Of a stretch of 64,000 nt of DNA, positions 12,410 through 24,954 are shown piece by piece. Source of the stretch: Paecilomyces variotii (lineage: Eukaryota); NCBI GenBank assembly GCA_004022145.1, contig RCNU01000013.1, one strand, 5' to 3'. The notes beneath the pieces were generated by a model, which saw nothing but the letters and a program-made list of their open reading frames with translations, made no database searches and had not been told where the DNA came from. A program made the translations under genes and the position numbers. Position 1 is the stretch's first letter. Each line of letters opens with the position of its first letter.

Positions 12410-13590
12410 TTCTGGGGGAGGCGGGAAGAAAACAAAGAAAAAGCGCGCAGGGCCGCGCAAGCTGTCAGTGCCATTGGTAGAAAGGCTTTTGCAATGGTCT
12501 GTTATGCGGCGGCATGTGAGATCAGCCTTGCCTGTGTGGACAAGTAAAGTACTACTACGGTTGGTGCGCGTTAGACGGGCAGTGAAGAGCAATGATAATA
12601 ATAATAATAATAAATCTCGCTTGGGTGGGCACCAGGAGAGCCAATAATGATAATAATAAAATTGTGCCGATGCATACCCGAGACAACCGCTCGCAGTCCC
12701 ACTGGGAGATTGTAGGGCAGGCGGGGAGATACAATCTAGTATATTATTACCATAGATGGCATGGCATATCCAGGTAAAATAAAGGAAAGAAAGTATGAGG
12801 AAGACGCTCCACACTGATATGGTCGTTCAGATTCAGGCGGAACAGGGCAGTCCCTGGATGGCAGTAATCCTTTCACGCCGTGATGGTTGATTATTGAGTG
12901 CCCTGGTTGAAGTGCATTTTCTTTTCGTCCTCTCCGATCGGTAGATGTAGAGTACTTGTTGATCGGTCTTCTGCCCTTGAGAAAATCTTGACTTCATGGA
13001 GTCATGACCGACCTATCTACCCCAGAGACATGGTAACGATACTGGGGGACTGCAAACCGGATTTGTCGACTGTTCGTGCCCCCTTTTCCCTTTCCCCCCT
13101 CTTCCTTTTTTCACTGCTATATTTGGAGTTACTTATCGACTGCGCCTCGGAAGACGGGAGTTAGCCCGCCGTGCCAAAGAAAGCGTCGGAAGCAGAGACA
13201 TCCTCGTCGACTTAATAATAGTAAATAGTTCGTCTGAGGGAGCAGTCCACTCATCTGCCAGACTGGAGACACTAGCGAAGCGACCATGCCCACAAAGGTG
13301 ACGGGCGTGGAATGTCCGACGATTGTCGTCGAGAGACAAGCTTTTCTTAGCTTTTTGCTCGGGTGAACCGGCGCGATCTGGCTTCCAAGACGGATGTTAC
13401 CGACCGTTCTGATTTGCCAAGATTCGGCAAAGATATACGTATGCCATGGGCAGTGGGGATGCAGAAACCACGATGGCTTTTGACGGCGTCGCACCCAGCG
13501 CAGCAGGGGTGGCTTCTTGAGGGGGGAGGGCGAGCAATCCCAGACAGTGATCCGGCCCCTAGTCGTGCAAGTCTGAAGCCAGCCACTGAA

Positions 13591-13840
13591 GGAGAGAGAG
13601 AGAGTGTGTGTGTGTGTGTGCGTTGTATCAAGTAATAGATAGATAGATGGTCTGTAGAGTTGAAGACAGGATCAGTCAGTGAGGTTTCTTTCTCGAGTTC
13701 CGCAGAATAGAACATTGTTACCAACCAATCGACCCACCGCACTGGGATTCGATTTTTTCTTTTTTATTTTCTTCTGTAAGCAGAGCAGAGCAGAGCAGAG
13801 TAATAATAATAATGATGATGATGATTATCATTATTATTGT
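13591..13840. repeat. Microsatellite cluster (GA)n(GT)n, (GATA)n, (CAGAG)n, (AAT)n/(GAT)n upstream of the GH72 gene
   Basis: Read directly at about 13591-13620, 13636-13648 and 13781-13825. Confidence 0.8.
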
Positions 13841-14264
13841 TGCTACGCTGACCAGGACTCTCGGTCGATCTGGCAGTGGGGCAGGATAACGTTCTGCGAC
13901 GATTAATTATTCGCAGTGAAACGGCATGTCAATCCGCCAGAACCACACAGAAGACACAGAACAGCGCGACACGCCATGTCTTGCGATGGCTCCAAATTCT
14001 CCTGGTCTAGCCGGCTTAGGCGTCTTCAGCCCCCTTGAGCGAGCGAACCGGCTAGACGGGCATCGTTGAAATGCCCTCTTGAATGCTGGTCGTTCCCCGG
14101 CTCGTTTCTATCTCTACTTTTCTCTCCATCATCCCTCGTACTCCCCAACAAGAGGCCACGACTGGGCAACTCCTCTTCCTTTTTCTTCCCACCTTCGTTT
14201 CCATTTATTTTACCCAGTCTCTCGTTACTGTCTCCTTGACAATCGCTATTTTTGTTCTGCCGCC

Positions 14265-16271
14265 ATGAAGTTTGGCTCTACTCTGGCGGGCGCCGCCCTC
14301 TTTGCGTCCACGGCACTGGCTGCTGATGTGCCCGCAATCGTGGCAAAGGTAGATAGATAAACGGAGACCGTCTGAAGGATCGATATACCATAGATCCAGT
14401 TGCTGATAATTACTTGTGCTGCAATAGGGCTCCAAGTTCTTCTATTCTAACAATGGCACTGAATTGTAAGCCCCCTTTACTGAGAGGATAAACAGAGAGA
14501 GAGAGAGAGAAACTGACTACGGCTTCTTGTTGACAGCTACATCCGTGGTGTCGCATACCAACGTACGTTGTTGAGCCATCCTACTTATCTTTCCTGTCTA
14601 TCTATGTATCTATCTATCTATCTATCCACATGGCGATCCTCCTCCACATGGTTGCGTGTGCCAAGTCCAGTCCAGCTGATACAAGATCGATCCGACAGAG
14701 GACTACACCGGCAACGGCACCACTACCAGCACCAACTATATCGACCCTCTGGCTGATGCGACGACTTGCAATCGCGACATTCCCTACCTTGTGCAGCTGC
14801 GCACCAACGTTATCCGTACTTATGCCATCGACCCGACCGCCGATCATTCCGAATGTATGCAGGCCCTCGCGGACGCGGGTATCTATGTCATCTCCGACCT
14901 GTCGTCCCCGAGCGAGTCGATCAACCGCGACGATCCCTCCTGGAACGATGATCTCTATGTTCGCTACACCAGTGTCATCGATTCGCTGGCCAACTACACC
15001 AACGTGATCGGTTTCTTCGCTGGCAATGAAGTCGCCAACCAGGCGAACAACACCAACTCGCTGGCCTATGTCAAGGCCGCCGTGCGCGACATGAAGGCCT
15101 ACATCAAGCAGAAGAACTACCGTAGCTCTCTCGCCATTGGATATGCTACCGATGACGATGCCTCTATCCGTGACGACCTGGCCAGCTACCTGAACTGCGG
15201 CGACCAGGACGACGCTATCGACATGTTCGGTTACAACATCTACGAGTGGTGCGGTGACTCTTCCTTCGTCACTTCCGGCTACTCTGCCCGCACCGAGGAG
15301 TTCAAGAACTACTCGATCCCTGCCTTCTTCTCTGAGTACGGTTGCAACACTCCCAGCCCTCGCAAGTTCACCGACGTCCCCGTTCTTTTCGGTCCCAAGA
15401 TGGATGACGTCTGGAGCGGTGGTATTGTTTACATGTACTACGAGGAAGCCAACGATTTCGGTACGTGCATCGTCACCACGGAAGTGACATATATATATAT
15501 AATATATATATAAGCTCTTGTCCGTTGGAGAAATACGTACTAACGTAATAAACAGGTCTGGTCTCGATCTCCGGTAACGAGGTCAAGACTCTTCAGGATT
15601 TCGACAACCTCTCCAAGCAGATGGCCACTGTGAACCCGACTGGTGTCAACAGTGCCTCGTACACGCCCACCAACTCTCCTCGTGCCTGCCCTACCGTCGG
15701 CTCCAACTGGGAGGCTTCCAGCAAGCTGCCGCCTACCCCCAACAAGGAGCTCTGTGAGTGCATGGTCTCCTCGCTGACTTGCGTGGTGAAGGACTCGGTC
15801 GACACCACCGAATACGCTAAGCTCTTTGGCACCGTGTGCGGCTACGGTGTCTGCGATGGTATCGCCTCCAACTCCACCACCGGTGACTATGGTGCCTACA
15901 GCATGTGTAATTCCGAGCAGCAGCTGTCTTTTGTCATGAACCGTTACTACGTGGAGCAGTCCGCCAAGGGTAACGGTGCTTCTGCTTGCGACTTCGGCGG
16001 CGCTGCCTCCACCAAGGCATCCACCAAGGCTACTGGAACTTGCGCTACCCTGATGAAACAGGCTGGCACTGATGGTACCGGCACCGTCACCTCCGCTCCC
16101 ACCGGCACTGGCGACTCTGGCGCGTCTGCTAGCTCTTCCAGCTCCAAGGGCGCTGGTGCTCGCGCCATCAGCACTCCTGGTAGCGTTGCTGTCCTTGGCG
16201 GTACCAGCTTCAAGCTCGGTGCGTACGTCATCACCGCTGTCCTCACCGGTGCTGGTATGATTCTGCTGTAG
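14265..16271 (+). CDS. GH72 beta-1,3-glucanosyltransferase with Cys-rich X8/CBM43 domain and GPI signal (Gel4/Gas1-like)
   Basis: Signal peptide; spliced [12 protein letters not shown] and YIRGVAYQ exons; catalytic motifs FAGNEV and FFSEYGCN; Cys box; Ser/Thr tail with hydrophobic C-terminus. Confidence 0.95.
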
Positions 16272-17893
16272 ATTATATTTGACTGGAATAATTATTCCCT
16301 TGGGGCTTTTGTGTGTGTGTGTGTGGCTATTTCGTAGCTGGGTGTGAGGCTACCCCCTTGGGGTCTTTTAGATGCTCAATTTATTTTACTCTATTCATTC
16401 GAATGTCTTATCAATCATCAATCAACATGTTTCCTTCCGCGTGTGTTCCAGTCCCCTTACTACTTGGTTTCCTTTAGTTTTGAGAAATCCCCTCGAGATA
16501 AGGTGGTGTTTCATTGACCCCTTCCTCTTAATTTCTTATCCTTCCTCGACATGCGCTTATGGGGAACCACGATTTCTGTAATATTCAATTCTATTGCATT
16601 TCGACTCTTATGATCATTATTCTGCGTACTGGGTTCTCCGACGCAAGGAGGGCCGGTCGCTACCGACATCCACTCCAGAACTCACATGTTTGCTACAAAA
16701 AACATTACTTTCACATCAACGCTAGAATTTCTCGAACTGGTAGTATCTACTACTCCGCCCAAGCTATTCATGGGCTACAGAGTTGGATATACGTTAACTT
16801 CTTCCACCCTCCATTTGACAGAAAGGAACATGTGAAATAATTCAGATCTTTAGCACAGTATTCTAGTCATGTTATCCGGTGTCACCAGTTGCACTTTGAT
16901 TCTTTTACTTTGATCTAAAACCCCTTGACATGTTGTACCTAGGTAGGATCTGCATAGCCTATTAGAGAAACCCCGGGCAGCAGAACAGCGAGCTAATAAG
17001 GAACAATGTCTTTACAAACAAGAGTAGATCTCTGTGAATAAGCTAAGCGCTAACTTAGATTGAGCACATTCTTCGACCTTGTTGAGGCTGTTATGAGCTC
17101 TTCGTTACTATGATATATATAATATATATCGAGAAAGCTTCGACACTCGCAATACAAGGGGATCCCACTAATCCTATTAATAAAAGATAACCTAAGCGGT
17201 TAGTGCCTTCAAACAAACTTCCTGGTCTATAGGAAGCAGCCTAGGAAGCGCTTTGTAGCGAGTTTATTTTCTTCTTTCAGCGCCGTTTTGCGTCAAAACC
17301 TTGATTAAAGCTTAAGATTTAAAGATTATTATTTTTGCGCTCTGCAGCGCAATCAGATACTGATTTATATGGTGATTTTCCTCCGCGAGTCTAATATTGG
17401 TAATAGTAAGTTAATAGTGTATATGCTCATGGATGTGAAGAAGAATTGCGGTTCATCAACAGTTCGCAGTGGTTATACTGCAGCTTCCTCGGGATGCCGA
17501 ATATGGAATGCCCGGTCGGTATCTCGTCCCTCCGACCGTCGGAGTTCAAGCGCAGCAAATTTCTGGAAGAAAAACTGGTTCATATGATGTTTACTCTATT
17601 CTAATTTCTAGGCATCGACGCGATGACAGCGGCTATGCGGGGAACAGCCCGAGAAGTTGTGGAGGCGCTCTTACATTCATCTCGTCCATTCACTCTCATC
17701 TTCACCAAGCTCACCGCATAGAAAGTGATATTCCGTACCAAGTGGATCCAGGACCGTCGGACCAGGAGACTGATAAGGACTTTCATCAGGACAACCCAGT
17801 CCAGACTTTTGACGACGGAATATAAGAGACCCAGAGTACGATCAGCCAGAGTGAACGCACATTGTAGCGATTCCAACCGCGGTCGCTGTCGAT

Positions 17894-19747
17894 ATGTCCA
17901 TCGAGCAACTACATCCAAACCACCCTTATACGGGGACCTCAACACCATTATCGCCACGGTCCTCGTTTTCAATCAACGCAACCACACCTGCGACGCCTGC
18001 CACAGGCACACAGACATCTGCAACGGGCACAAACACGCCCGATCCGCTCTTGGGCCATCGGTCTGACTACTTCTCACAGAATGAAGGCGGAAGCCAGCTG
18101 CGAACAGCACCACCTATCCATCCACTGGTAGAGACGCTCAAGATTCCATCGCATGAGCCTTCACAGCAGGAAGGTGACTCGCAGAACGGTGACGCGGTTG
18201 TCAACTTGACCAGCCGGGATATCCCTCTCGGTCCCGTATTGAATAGGAGACCCTCAGTGACACCCAGCCACGTTGAAGCGGCCGGCATCAAGGCCGTCTC
18301 GCAAGGAGTTCCGCCAGAACTACGTAACTTCGCCTCGGAGATTGTGTTGATCTTCGTCTGCTCAGCTGGTCTTATGCTTTTCTCTTTTCTTCTGGGGGAT
18401 GTTATTGTCACTCAGCAGCAATTCAAGAATGCTCTAGGAATCAAGAACACAGAGCTCCCTTGGCTGGTGGGAGCGTTCAACGTCGCCAACGGAATGTCGG
18501 TTGTTATCTCGGGATCGATCGCAGATCTTGTACCGCCAAAGCGTCTCATGGTATCTGCCTTTCTCTGGCTGACAGTGTGGAATGTCGTGGGGGCATTCAG
18601 TCTTACACCCTCGCGGTACGTCCTCTTCTTCATCGTCCGCGCAATGCAGGGTCTAGCGATCGGTGTTTTGGTCTCTGGATGCATGAGCATCCTCGGCCGC
18701 GTCTACAAACCGGGGCTGCGGAAGAATCGCGTGTTCTCAGCCATGGCGGCGACTGCTCCCTTTGGCTTCTTCCTCGGAGCTATCCAGGGAGGCGCTCTGT
18801 ATACCCATCTCCAATGGGTCTTTGGGACCAATGCCATCCTCACGAGTCTTTGTGCAATTGCCGCCTACTTCTCGATTCCAGCATTACGTCCGGTTGCCGA
18901 TGTTGCGGGTGCTGATGCCCCCACCCTGCGTCAGTTTGATATCCTCGGTGCCGGTCTGGCGGTATCTGGCTGTGTCTGTCTGCTGTTCGGCCTCACGCAG
19001 GGATCCGTCACTTCCTGGTCACCTTATACGTACGCGCTTATTGTAGTCGGCATTCTCTCCTTCGTGGGTCTGTTCTTCGCCGAACGCCGTGTACCCAGAC
19101 CCTTGATACCCAGCAGACTCTGGAAAACAAAGGGTTTTACACCGCTCATGATCGCCTATTTCCTGGGGTTTGGCTCCTTCTTCGGCGCCTGGCAGTTCTA
19201 CGCTATCCAATTCTGGCTGCGAATCCAGCACGCGAGCCCTCTGACAGTCGGTTTGTATCATCTCCCTAATGCCATCGTTGGTGTCTTTGCCACCTGGGTT
19301 GTTAGTCGGACCCTACACCTAGTCCCGGGCCACTATATCTACGCCGTGTCTATGTTAGCATTCACACTGGGGCCCGCCTTCTTCCTCCCGCAGAAAGCGG
19401 ACACAACCTACTGGGCTCTCTCTCTTCCCGGCGTGGCACTTGTGACTTTCGGGCCAGACCTGGCGTTTGCCGCCGCGAGCATTTTCATTACAAGCAATGT
19501 GGCGCGGTCATACCAAGGCACTGCCGGCAGTTTGCTCGTTACGAACCAGAATTTATCTTCCGCCATCATGACTAGTGTTGCAGATGCCATCGGCTCCAGG
19601 GTCGACAAGGACGCATCGGGGGCAATAGGGCTGGATGGGCTGAGAGCGATATGGTGGTTCGCACTATCAATGCAGCTAGTCGCTGCCTTGGTTACGATTA
19701 TCTGGGTGCGGATACCCAAGGAAGAGGAAAAGGAGCATGTTACCTGA
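17894..19747 (+). CDS. MFS drug:H+ antiporter (14-TM DHA2/Atr1-like), intronless
   Basis: 617-aa ORF with a low-complexity N-terminus followed by many TM helices; FFIVRAMQGLAIG motif. Confidence 0.88.
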   Translation: MSIEQLHPNHPYTGTSTPLSPRSSFSINATTPATPATGTQTSATGTNTPDPLLGHRSDYFSQNEGGSQLRTAPPIHPLVETLKIPSHEPSQQEGDSQNGDAVVNLTSRDIPLGPVLNRRPSVTPSHVEAAGIKAVSQGVPPELRNFASEIVLIFVCSAGLMLFSFLLGDVIVTQQQFKNALGIKNTELPWLVGAFNVANGMSVVISGSIADLVPPKRLMVSAFLWLTVWNVVGAFSLTPSRYVLFFIVRAMQGLAIGVLVSGCMSILGRVYKPGLRKNRVFSAMAATAPFGFFLGAIQGGALYTHLQWVFGTNAILTSLCAIAAYFSIPALRPVADVAGADAPTLRQFDILGAGLAVSGCVCLLFGLTQGSVTSWSPYTYALIVVGILSFVGLFFAERRVPRPLIPSRLWKTKGFTPLMIAYFLGFGSFFGAWQFYAIQFWLRIQHASPLTVGLYHLPNAIVGVFATWVVSRTLHLVPGHYIYAVSMLAFTLGPAFFLPQKADTTYWALSLPGVALVTFGPDLAFAAASIFITSNVARSYQGTAGSLLVTNQNLSSAIMTSVADAIGSRVDKDASGAIGLDGLRAIWWFALSMQLVAALVTIIWVRIPKEEEKEHVT

Positions 19748-20441
19748 TGGATACCGTGCTTGAGTACCTAAATGATGGTAGAACCTGGCGACCCGGGTGG
19801 TTCCTTTGATGAGTTACATTTTTCAAGACCATGACATCAATCGTACGAGACTGATAGACTTTCACTCCCACGAACCCAGTTGGGAGCTGGATAGAACGTT
19901 GTCAGATAGACTGCTTACGTGAATGCAAGTGGCGCTTTCACCCCAGACTGCTTTCAAGTTCAATTGTTAACCTTTTCGGGTGGCTTGCATCTTGTAACGG
20001 AGTATCACCCACATATTTTCCACGGAGAACTGAGAGTGGGAGTATTATTCATTCTAGAGGTGCGAAATGTCGAATTATACTCATTGTCAACCCGAATACA
20101 GCGCTTAGTCGCGGTCTACAAACATCCCCCACGCTCTAGGTACTTAAATTACCCCACGATTTCTTCCCCACGTCCTATTCCAGAAATCGTACCCCCACGC
20201 GGGGGAATCACGAAGAATACTCAATCCAGGTCAAAGCGTTCTTTTGTCAGAATATATTCATGGGGTCGATCTAGCGAGCTGTGCCTCCGACTTTGCGGGG
20301 GATCTGCTATCCGAAATCTGGAGTCGTTAGTGGACTCCGCGACTGTACTGTATATCAGTCCCTAAGCATATCTATCGGGCCTTCTCGATCGTCAGTCCGG
20401 GTGAACACTTCAGGACAAGAAAATTCATACAGCACTGAACC

Positions 20442-22256
20442 ATGTCCCGTGTTGAGAGGGCAGGGATGGACGACTCATTTGAGAATGCTGGAAAGGCGCC
20501 TTCAGTTCAGCATGATGAAACAGTCAGTGGTCAGGAGCGGGTAGTGCTCACGGAAGAAGATGTATGTACATACGATGCCGCTTTCCCGCCATTCACATTC
20601 ATTTCAACGAGGGAAAGGTGTTCAAGGCTGACAATCTACTGCTATCTCAGAACAAGCGCATCCTACGAAAGACCGATTGGGTGATCCTACCGATCTTGAT
20701 CTGGATCTATTTCCTTCAGGTGAGCAAGCCCTTCAAAGGGTTATTTTGATTCTATATGATACCGCATACATGTCCTGACACTTCTCATCATTAGATCCTT
20801 GACAAGTCCCTTCTTGGATATGCCTCTGTATACGGTCTTCAAAAAGATACCGGTCTCATCGGAAGCCAATATTCCATGGTGGGATCGATCTCTTCAATCG
20901 CGCAGCTGGCATGGCTCCCATTCTCTTCTTGGCTCGTCGTCACGGTGCCCCATCGTATTCTCATGCCGGTTTTGGCGTTGGGATGGGGCATCGCGCAGGC
21001 TTGCATGGCTGCTTGCAAGAGTTATTCCGGTCTACTGGCATGTCGCTTCTTCCTTGGCCTCTTTGAAGCTGGATGTCTACCCTTGTTCAGTATCATCACC
21101 ACGCACTGGTACCGGAGGGCAGAGCAGCCGATTCGCGTTGCTGCGTGGTACGGCACCAATGGTCTGGCAACCATTATCGGATCAGCTCTGTCGTACGGAC
21201 TGGGTCAGATCCATTCCGATGCAATCCACTCCTGGCAAATGTAAGATAATTTCCCCATCTTGTTTTCCTCTCACAGAGTGTTGTCTCTTAACACATCATC
21301 CCAGCATCTTCCTATTCGGAGGCCTCTTGACGATTATATCCACTCCATTCGTCTGGTGGAGGTTAGACAACGATGTCCTCTCAGCTCGTTTCCTGACCGA
21401 AAAGGAACGTGCACAAGCAGTGGAACGACTCCGAGCAAACCAAACCGGCATCGGATCTGCCGTATTCAAATGGTCCCAAGTCTTCGAGATCTTCCTCGAG
21501 CCCAAATCCTACCTCTGGTTCTCAATGGCCCTCCTCCTCAACGTCGGAGCAAGCGTCACCAACACCTTTGGTCCATTGATCCTCAACGGCCTCGGCTTCA
21601 GCAAATCCATCACATCCCTCCTCAACATGCCATTCGGCGCCGTCCAATTGTTCGTCATCCTCTTCGGATCCTACGCCACGCACAAATTCCGCCTCAAATC
21701 CATCGTCCTCGTTGCTCTGATGCTCCCCGTCGTCGCGGGTCTCGCGATGCTATACGTCCTCCCGCGCAACAACAGCGAGCAAGGCGCCTTACTAGCAGCA
21801 TACTACCTCATCGCCTTCCTCTTCGGATGCAACCCCCTAATCGTCTCCTGGATCATGGGCAACACCGCAGGCGCGACGAAGAAATCCATCATCATGTCAA
21901 TCTACAACGCGGGCTCATCAGCCGGAAACATCATCGGGCCTCTCCTATTCAACGCCACCGACGCGCCAGCCTACCTACCTGGTCTCCGAGCCGATCTCGG
22001 CATCACAATCGCTTTCGTAGCGGTGGTCCTCATCCAACTCGTCAACCTCATGTTTCTGAATCGGTTACAAGCCAGGAAGCGTGTCGCGAATGGTAAATCG
22101 GCTGTGATACATGATCATTCGATGGATAGGAAGTTCACTTCGATGAATAATCCAGGTGATGAGGATGGAGAGACAAAAACAGGCGCAGAATCCAGTGACG
22201 ACTCGCTGCTCGATCGGACGGATCGGCAGAATGATGAATTTGTGTATATTTATTGA
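20442..22256 (+). CDS. MFS anion:cation symporter, allantoate permease (Dal5) family
   Basis: Spliced exons LTEED/NKRILRKTDWVILP, LDKSLLGYASVYGL, RFFLGLFEAGCLP, WYRRAEQP; C-terminal DRTDRQNDEFVYIY is typical of the family. Confidence 0.9.
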
Positions 22257-22579
22257 GAAACCTTTGGCTTTCTGGCTAGTTCTCAGGTGTTACACTATTT
22301 TCTGGGTGATTTGTTCTTTTTTCTCTCTTTCGATATGAGGAACACGTATGCATTATATGGAAGTATGAATGGGTGTTTGGCTTATTAATGGAGTCGGTAG
22401 AAAATGTCTCGTTGTATCCAGTACAAATGATCATAAGATTATAAGTAAGCAATCAAGACACGCAAAAAAAGTTCCCTGTAGAATTCCCAAGAAGAATAAG
22501 AGAATAGCTTCGTTTATGTGCATGCTAGTTATACTGAGTATATTAATAAGCCATAACCTGCATCTCAAAGTGAATGAGT

Positions 22580-24346
22580 TCAAGTGCTCTTACTCTCAAC
22601 CCATACAGACACAGTAACAATCGTCGTGTAGATCATGCAAACAACGCCAAGAGTAATCATGAGGATATCTCCACATTTCACCCAAGAGGAACGCGCAACG
22701 CCTTTCCAATGCAAGTATGCTGGGTAAATATAGACTAGCGGAACGCAAGCGAAAGAACCGATCAAAGAGACGAACTTGTCCAAATCTCCAGCTCCTACTG
22801 CAGCAATGACTCCACAAAAGACGACAATGCAGATTCTGAAGAGATTCTTCTTCCACTTCGTCAATGGATCTCTCTTTCCTGACCGGTGGCCGAACAACTT
22901 GCCCTCCATGATACGGAGAGCAGGGAAGAGCTGGACTGGTGTGCCAACGAGGATGGCGAGCGAATAGAGGAATTGCACCGCATTGACAAGCTTGTCTGTC
23001 TGAGGGAAGTTGGTGATGATTTCAGTCTTTGTTTTCGAGCCGAAGGTGCCATATGAAAGGGCACCAACTGCCGTAAAGATGACTGTGATGATGGCCATGA
23101 CCACGTAGAGGAGATGGTCGAAGTGCTGAGGTCGCTTCATTGACGACTGGATTGGAAGGATAAGGCCGATACCCTCGAATGTGAATATGCAGGACCCAAT
23201 CGTCAGAGTAAAGCTTTGCGGGTTGAAGAGTTCCACCGTGGGCTCCAACCCATCCTGCACAATGCTGCTAATGTCGTAATAGTAGATATACGCCAGGCCA
23301 AGAAGTATAAAAACGTCTGCGAGCAACGCGGCCGGTCCGAGTTTAGATATGTTCCGGACAAACGCAAGAGGTATCAAGATTATGAGCTGTAGAATGATGA
23401 GGCCGTTGATCGACAGAGCATATGGCATGCTGGTCGTGATTGCTTTGAAGAAAGAATGCAAGTTCTCGGCCGTGAAGATAATGCCAGCGCATACGAAACC
23501 TAGCTGCGATATTGTAATCGAACCTAGAATAAGAGACCGTAGACGGGGCCCTGAGATGCGCTCTCCGATTTCACCGTACCCACCACCGTGTTGCCTCCGA
23601 CACTGGAGCAGTAGGTGGAAACATACAGCGGTCACTGCTGAAACAGTAACGAGGGCAATCGAGGAGAAAAGAATTCCCCCGTTTCGGAAAGCTTTGGGCA
23701 AGAACATGATACCGGTGCCTATAAACGCCTTCAGTAGCGTAAAGAAGGACTTGAGGTTCGACGCATCCCCTTCACGGGGAACCCGAGAGGGTCTGCGGCG
23801 GTGGTGCAACAGGGGCCTTGTCTCAGGCTCTTCTTCGGTCGTGGTAGTGGTCTCTTCGTCCGACTCAGCCAGATCTTCGCCTGCGAAGCTGCCATAGAGA
23901 TCCAAAAAGTCCACGAAGCTCTTGGTCACCGGAAATGCACCATCATCGGAACGCCGCCCTCTACGCTCAATGAATTCACGACGGAAACTGCCAGGTTCGT
24001 TTGGGTTAGGATTCGGAATCCCTTCGTCATCATCGGTACTATTTGGTCCCACGGGATGGGAAAAGCTTTTGGCGCGTTGGTCGAGTCGCGCCCGTTTCGA
24101 TCGTGCCTCGATCCGATACAGATCACGATGTATGTCGCCGCCCTGCAGTTTTAGAGAGGACTGCTGTCCAGCTTCCGCAACAACTGCGGCTGCAGTGTTA
24201 TCTGCTTCTTCAGCTTCTTCTGCTTCGGCGGCTTCCTGATCTTGAGCTTCAAAAGCCGCGGTGAACTGTGGATGAAGATGTCGTGAAACGATCTCCGCCT
24301 CCCGCTGCTCCTGCTCCCGTGCCGCAGGGTCGGGGTCCTCCGCCAT
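22580..24346 (-). CDS. Vacuolar amino acid transporter (Avt3/Avt4-like, AAAP family)
   Basis: SSLKLQGGDIHRDLY, PGSFRREF, FLDLYGSFAGEDL, TLLKAFIGTGIMFLPKAFRNGG and about 11 TM helices. Start taken at MAEDPDP. Confidence 0.92.
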   Translation of the reverse strand: MAEDPDPAAREQEQREAEIVSRHLHPQFTAAFEAQDQEAAEAEEAEEADNTAAAVVAEAGQQSSLKLQGGDIHRDLYRIEARSKRARLDQRAKSFSHPVGPNSTDDDEGIPNPNPNEPGSFRREFIERRGRRSDDGAFPVTKSFVDFLDLYGSFAGEDLAESDEETTTTTEEEPETRPLLHHRRRPSRVPREGDASNLKSFFTLLKAFIGTGIMFLPKAFRNGGILFSSIALVTVSAVTAVCFHLLLQCRRQHGGGYGEIGERISGPRLRSLILGSITISQLGFVCAGIIFTAENLHSFFKAITTSMPYALSINGLIILQLIILIPLAFVRNISKLGPAALLADVFILLGLAYIYYYDISSIVQDGLEPTVELFNPQSFTLTIGSCIFTFEGIGLILPIQSSMKRPQHFDHLLYVVMAIITVIFTAVGALSYGTFGSKTKTEIITNFPQTDKLVNAVQFLYSLAILVGTPVQLFPALRIMEGKLFGHRSGKRDPLTKWKKNLFRICIVVFCGVIAAVGAGDLDKFVSLIGSFACVPLVYIYPAYLHWKGVARSSWVKCGDILMITLGVVCMIYTTIVTVSVWVESKST

Positions 24347-24954
24347 CGTGGGGATGGGAATGCTAATCCAGGATGATGTGTAAGCCACCCAAATTCATTA
24401 ATATTAGATCGGAGGGTTGTGCTCACGAAGGAGAGAAATGAGTAGATACGCTGGAGTGACAACTCGAGGCGGTCTGGAAAGTTGACTTTTGCAGTGTCGA
24501 CGGTGAACAATGACGTCATAGTATCCATGACAGCTGTCGATCAAGGAAGTAATCGATTATAATCAAATATAATACTGCCTCGGTTTAAACCGCGTCCTGG
24601 ATTGATTATAGTTATTCAGTGAGGTAGATATATAGCCACCTAGCGTGTTTGGGGTGTTGAAAACTGAAAACACAGATTGGGTAGCGGATCGAGACACTGT
24701 CAGATCAAAAGAACTATATATTGTGGGAATACTCTGAGACTGGACGGCCAACGCTGGAAAGAGAAAACCTGCGAATACTTATGGATGTAAGGACTATGCC
24801 CGCTTCCACAATAGTCCTAATGCAGCTACCTTATAAATGAATATCTTCCAATGATTCGTGCATATACATAACGCGAACTATTCGGTGTACAGGGGGAACA
24901 ATGGCATCACTAGGCTGCTCATCTGAAACTAATATAAATTACTATATACAATGT

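Noticed and set aside
17369-17972. Overlapping ORFs upstream of the MFS gene
   Set aside because: No domain signal; likely 5' UTR or promoter noise.
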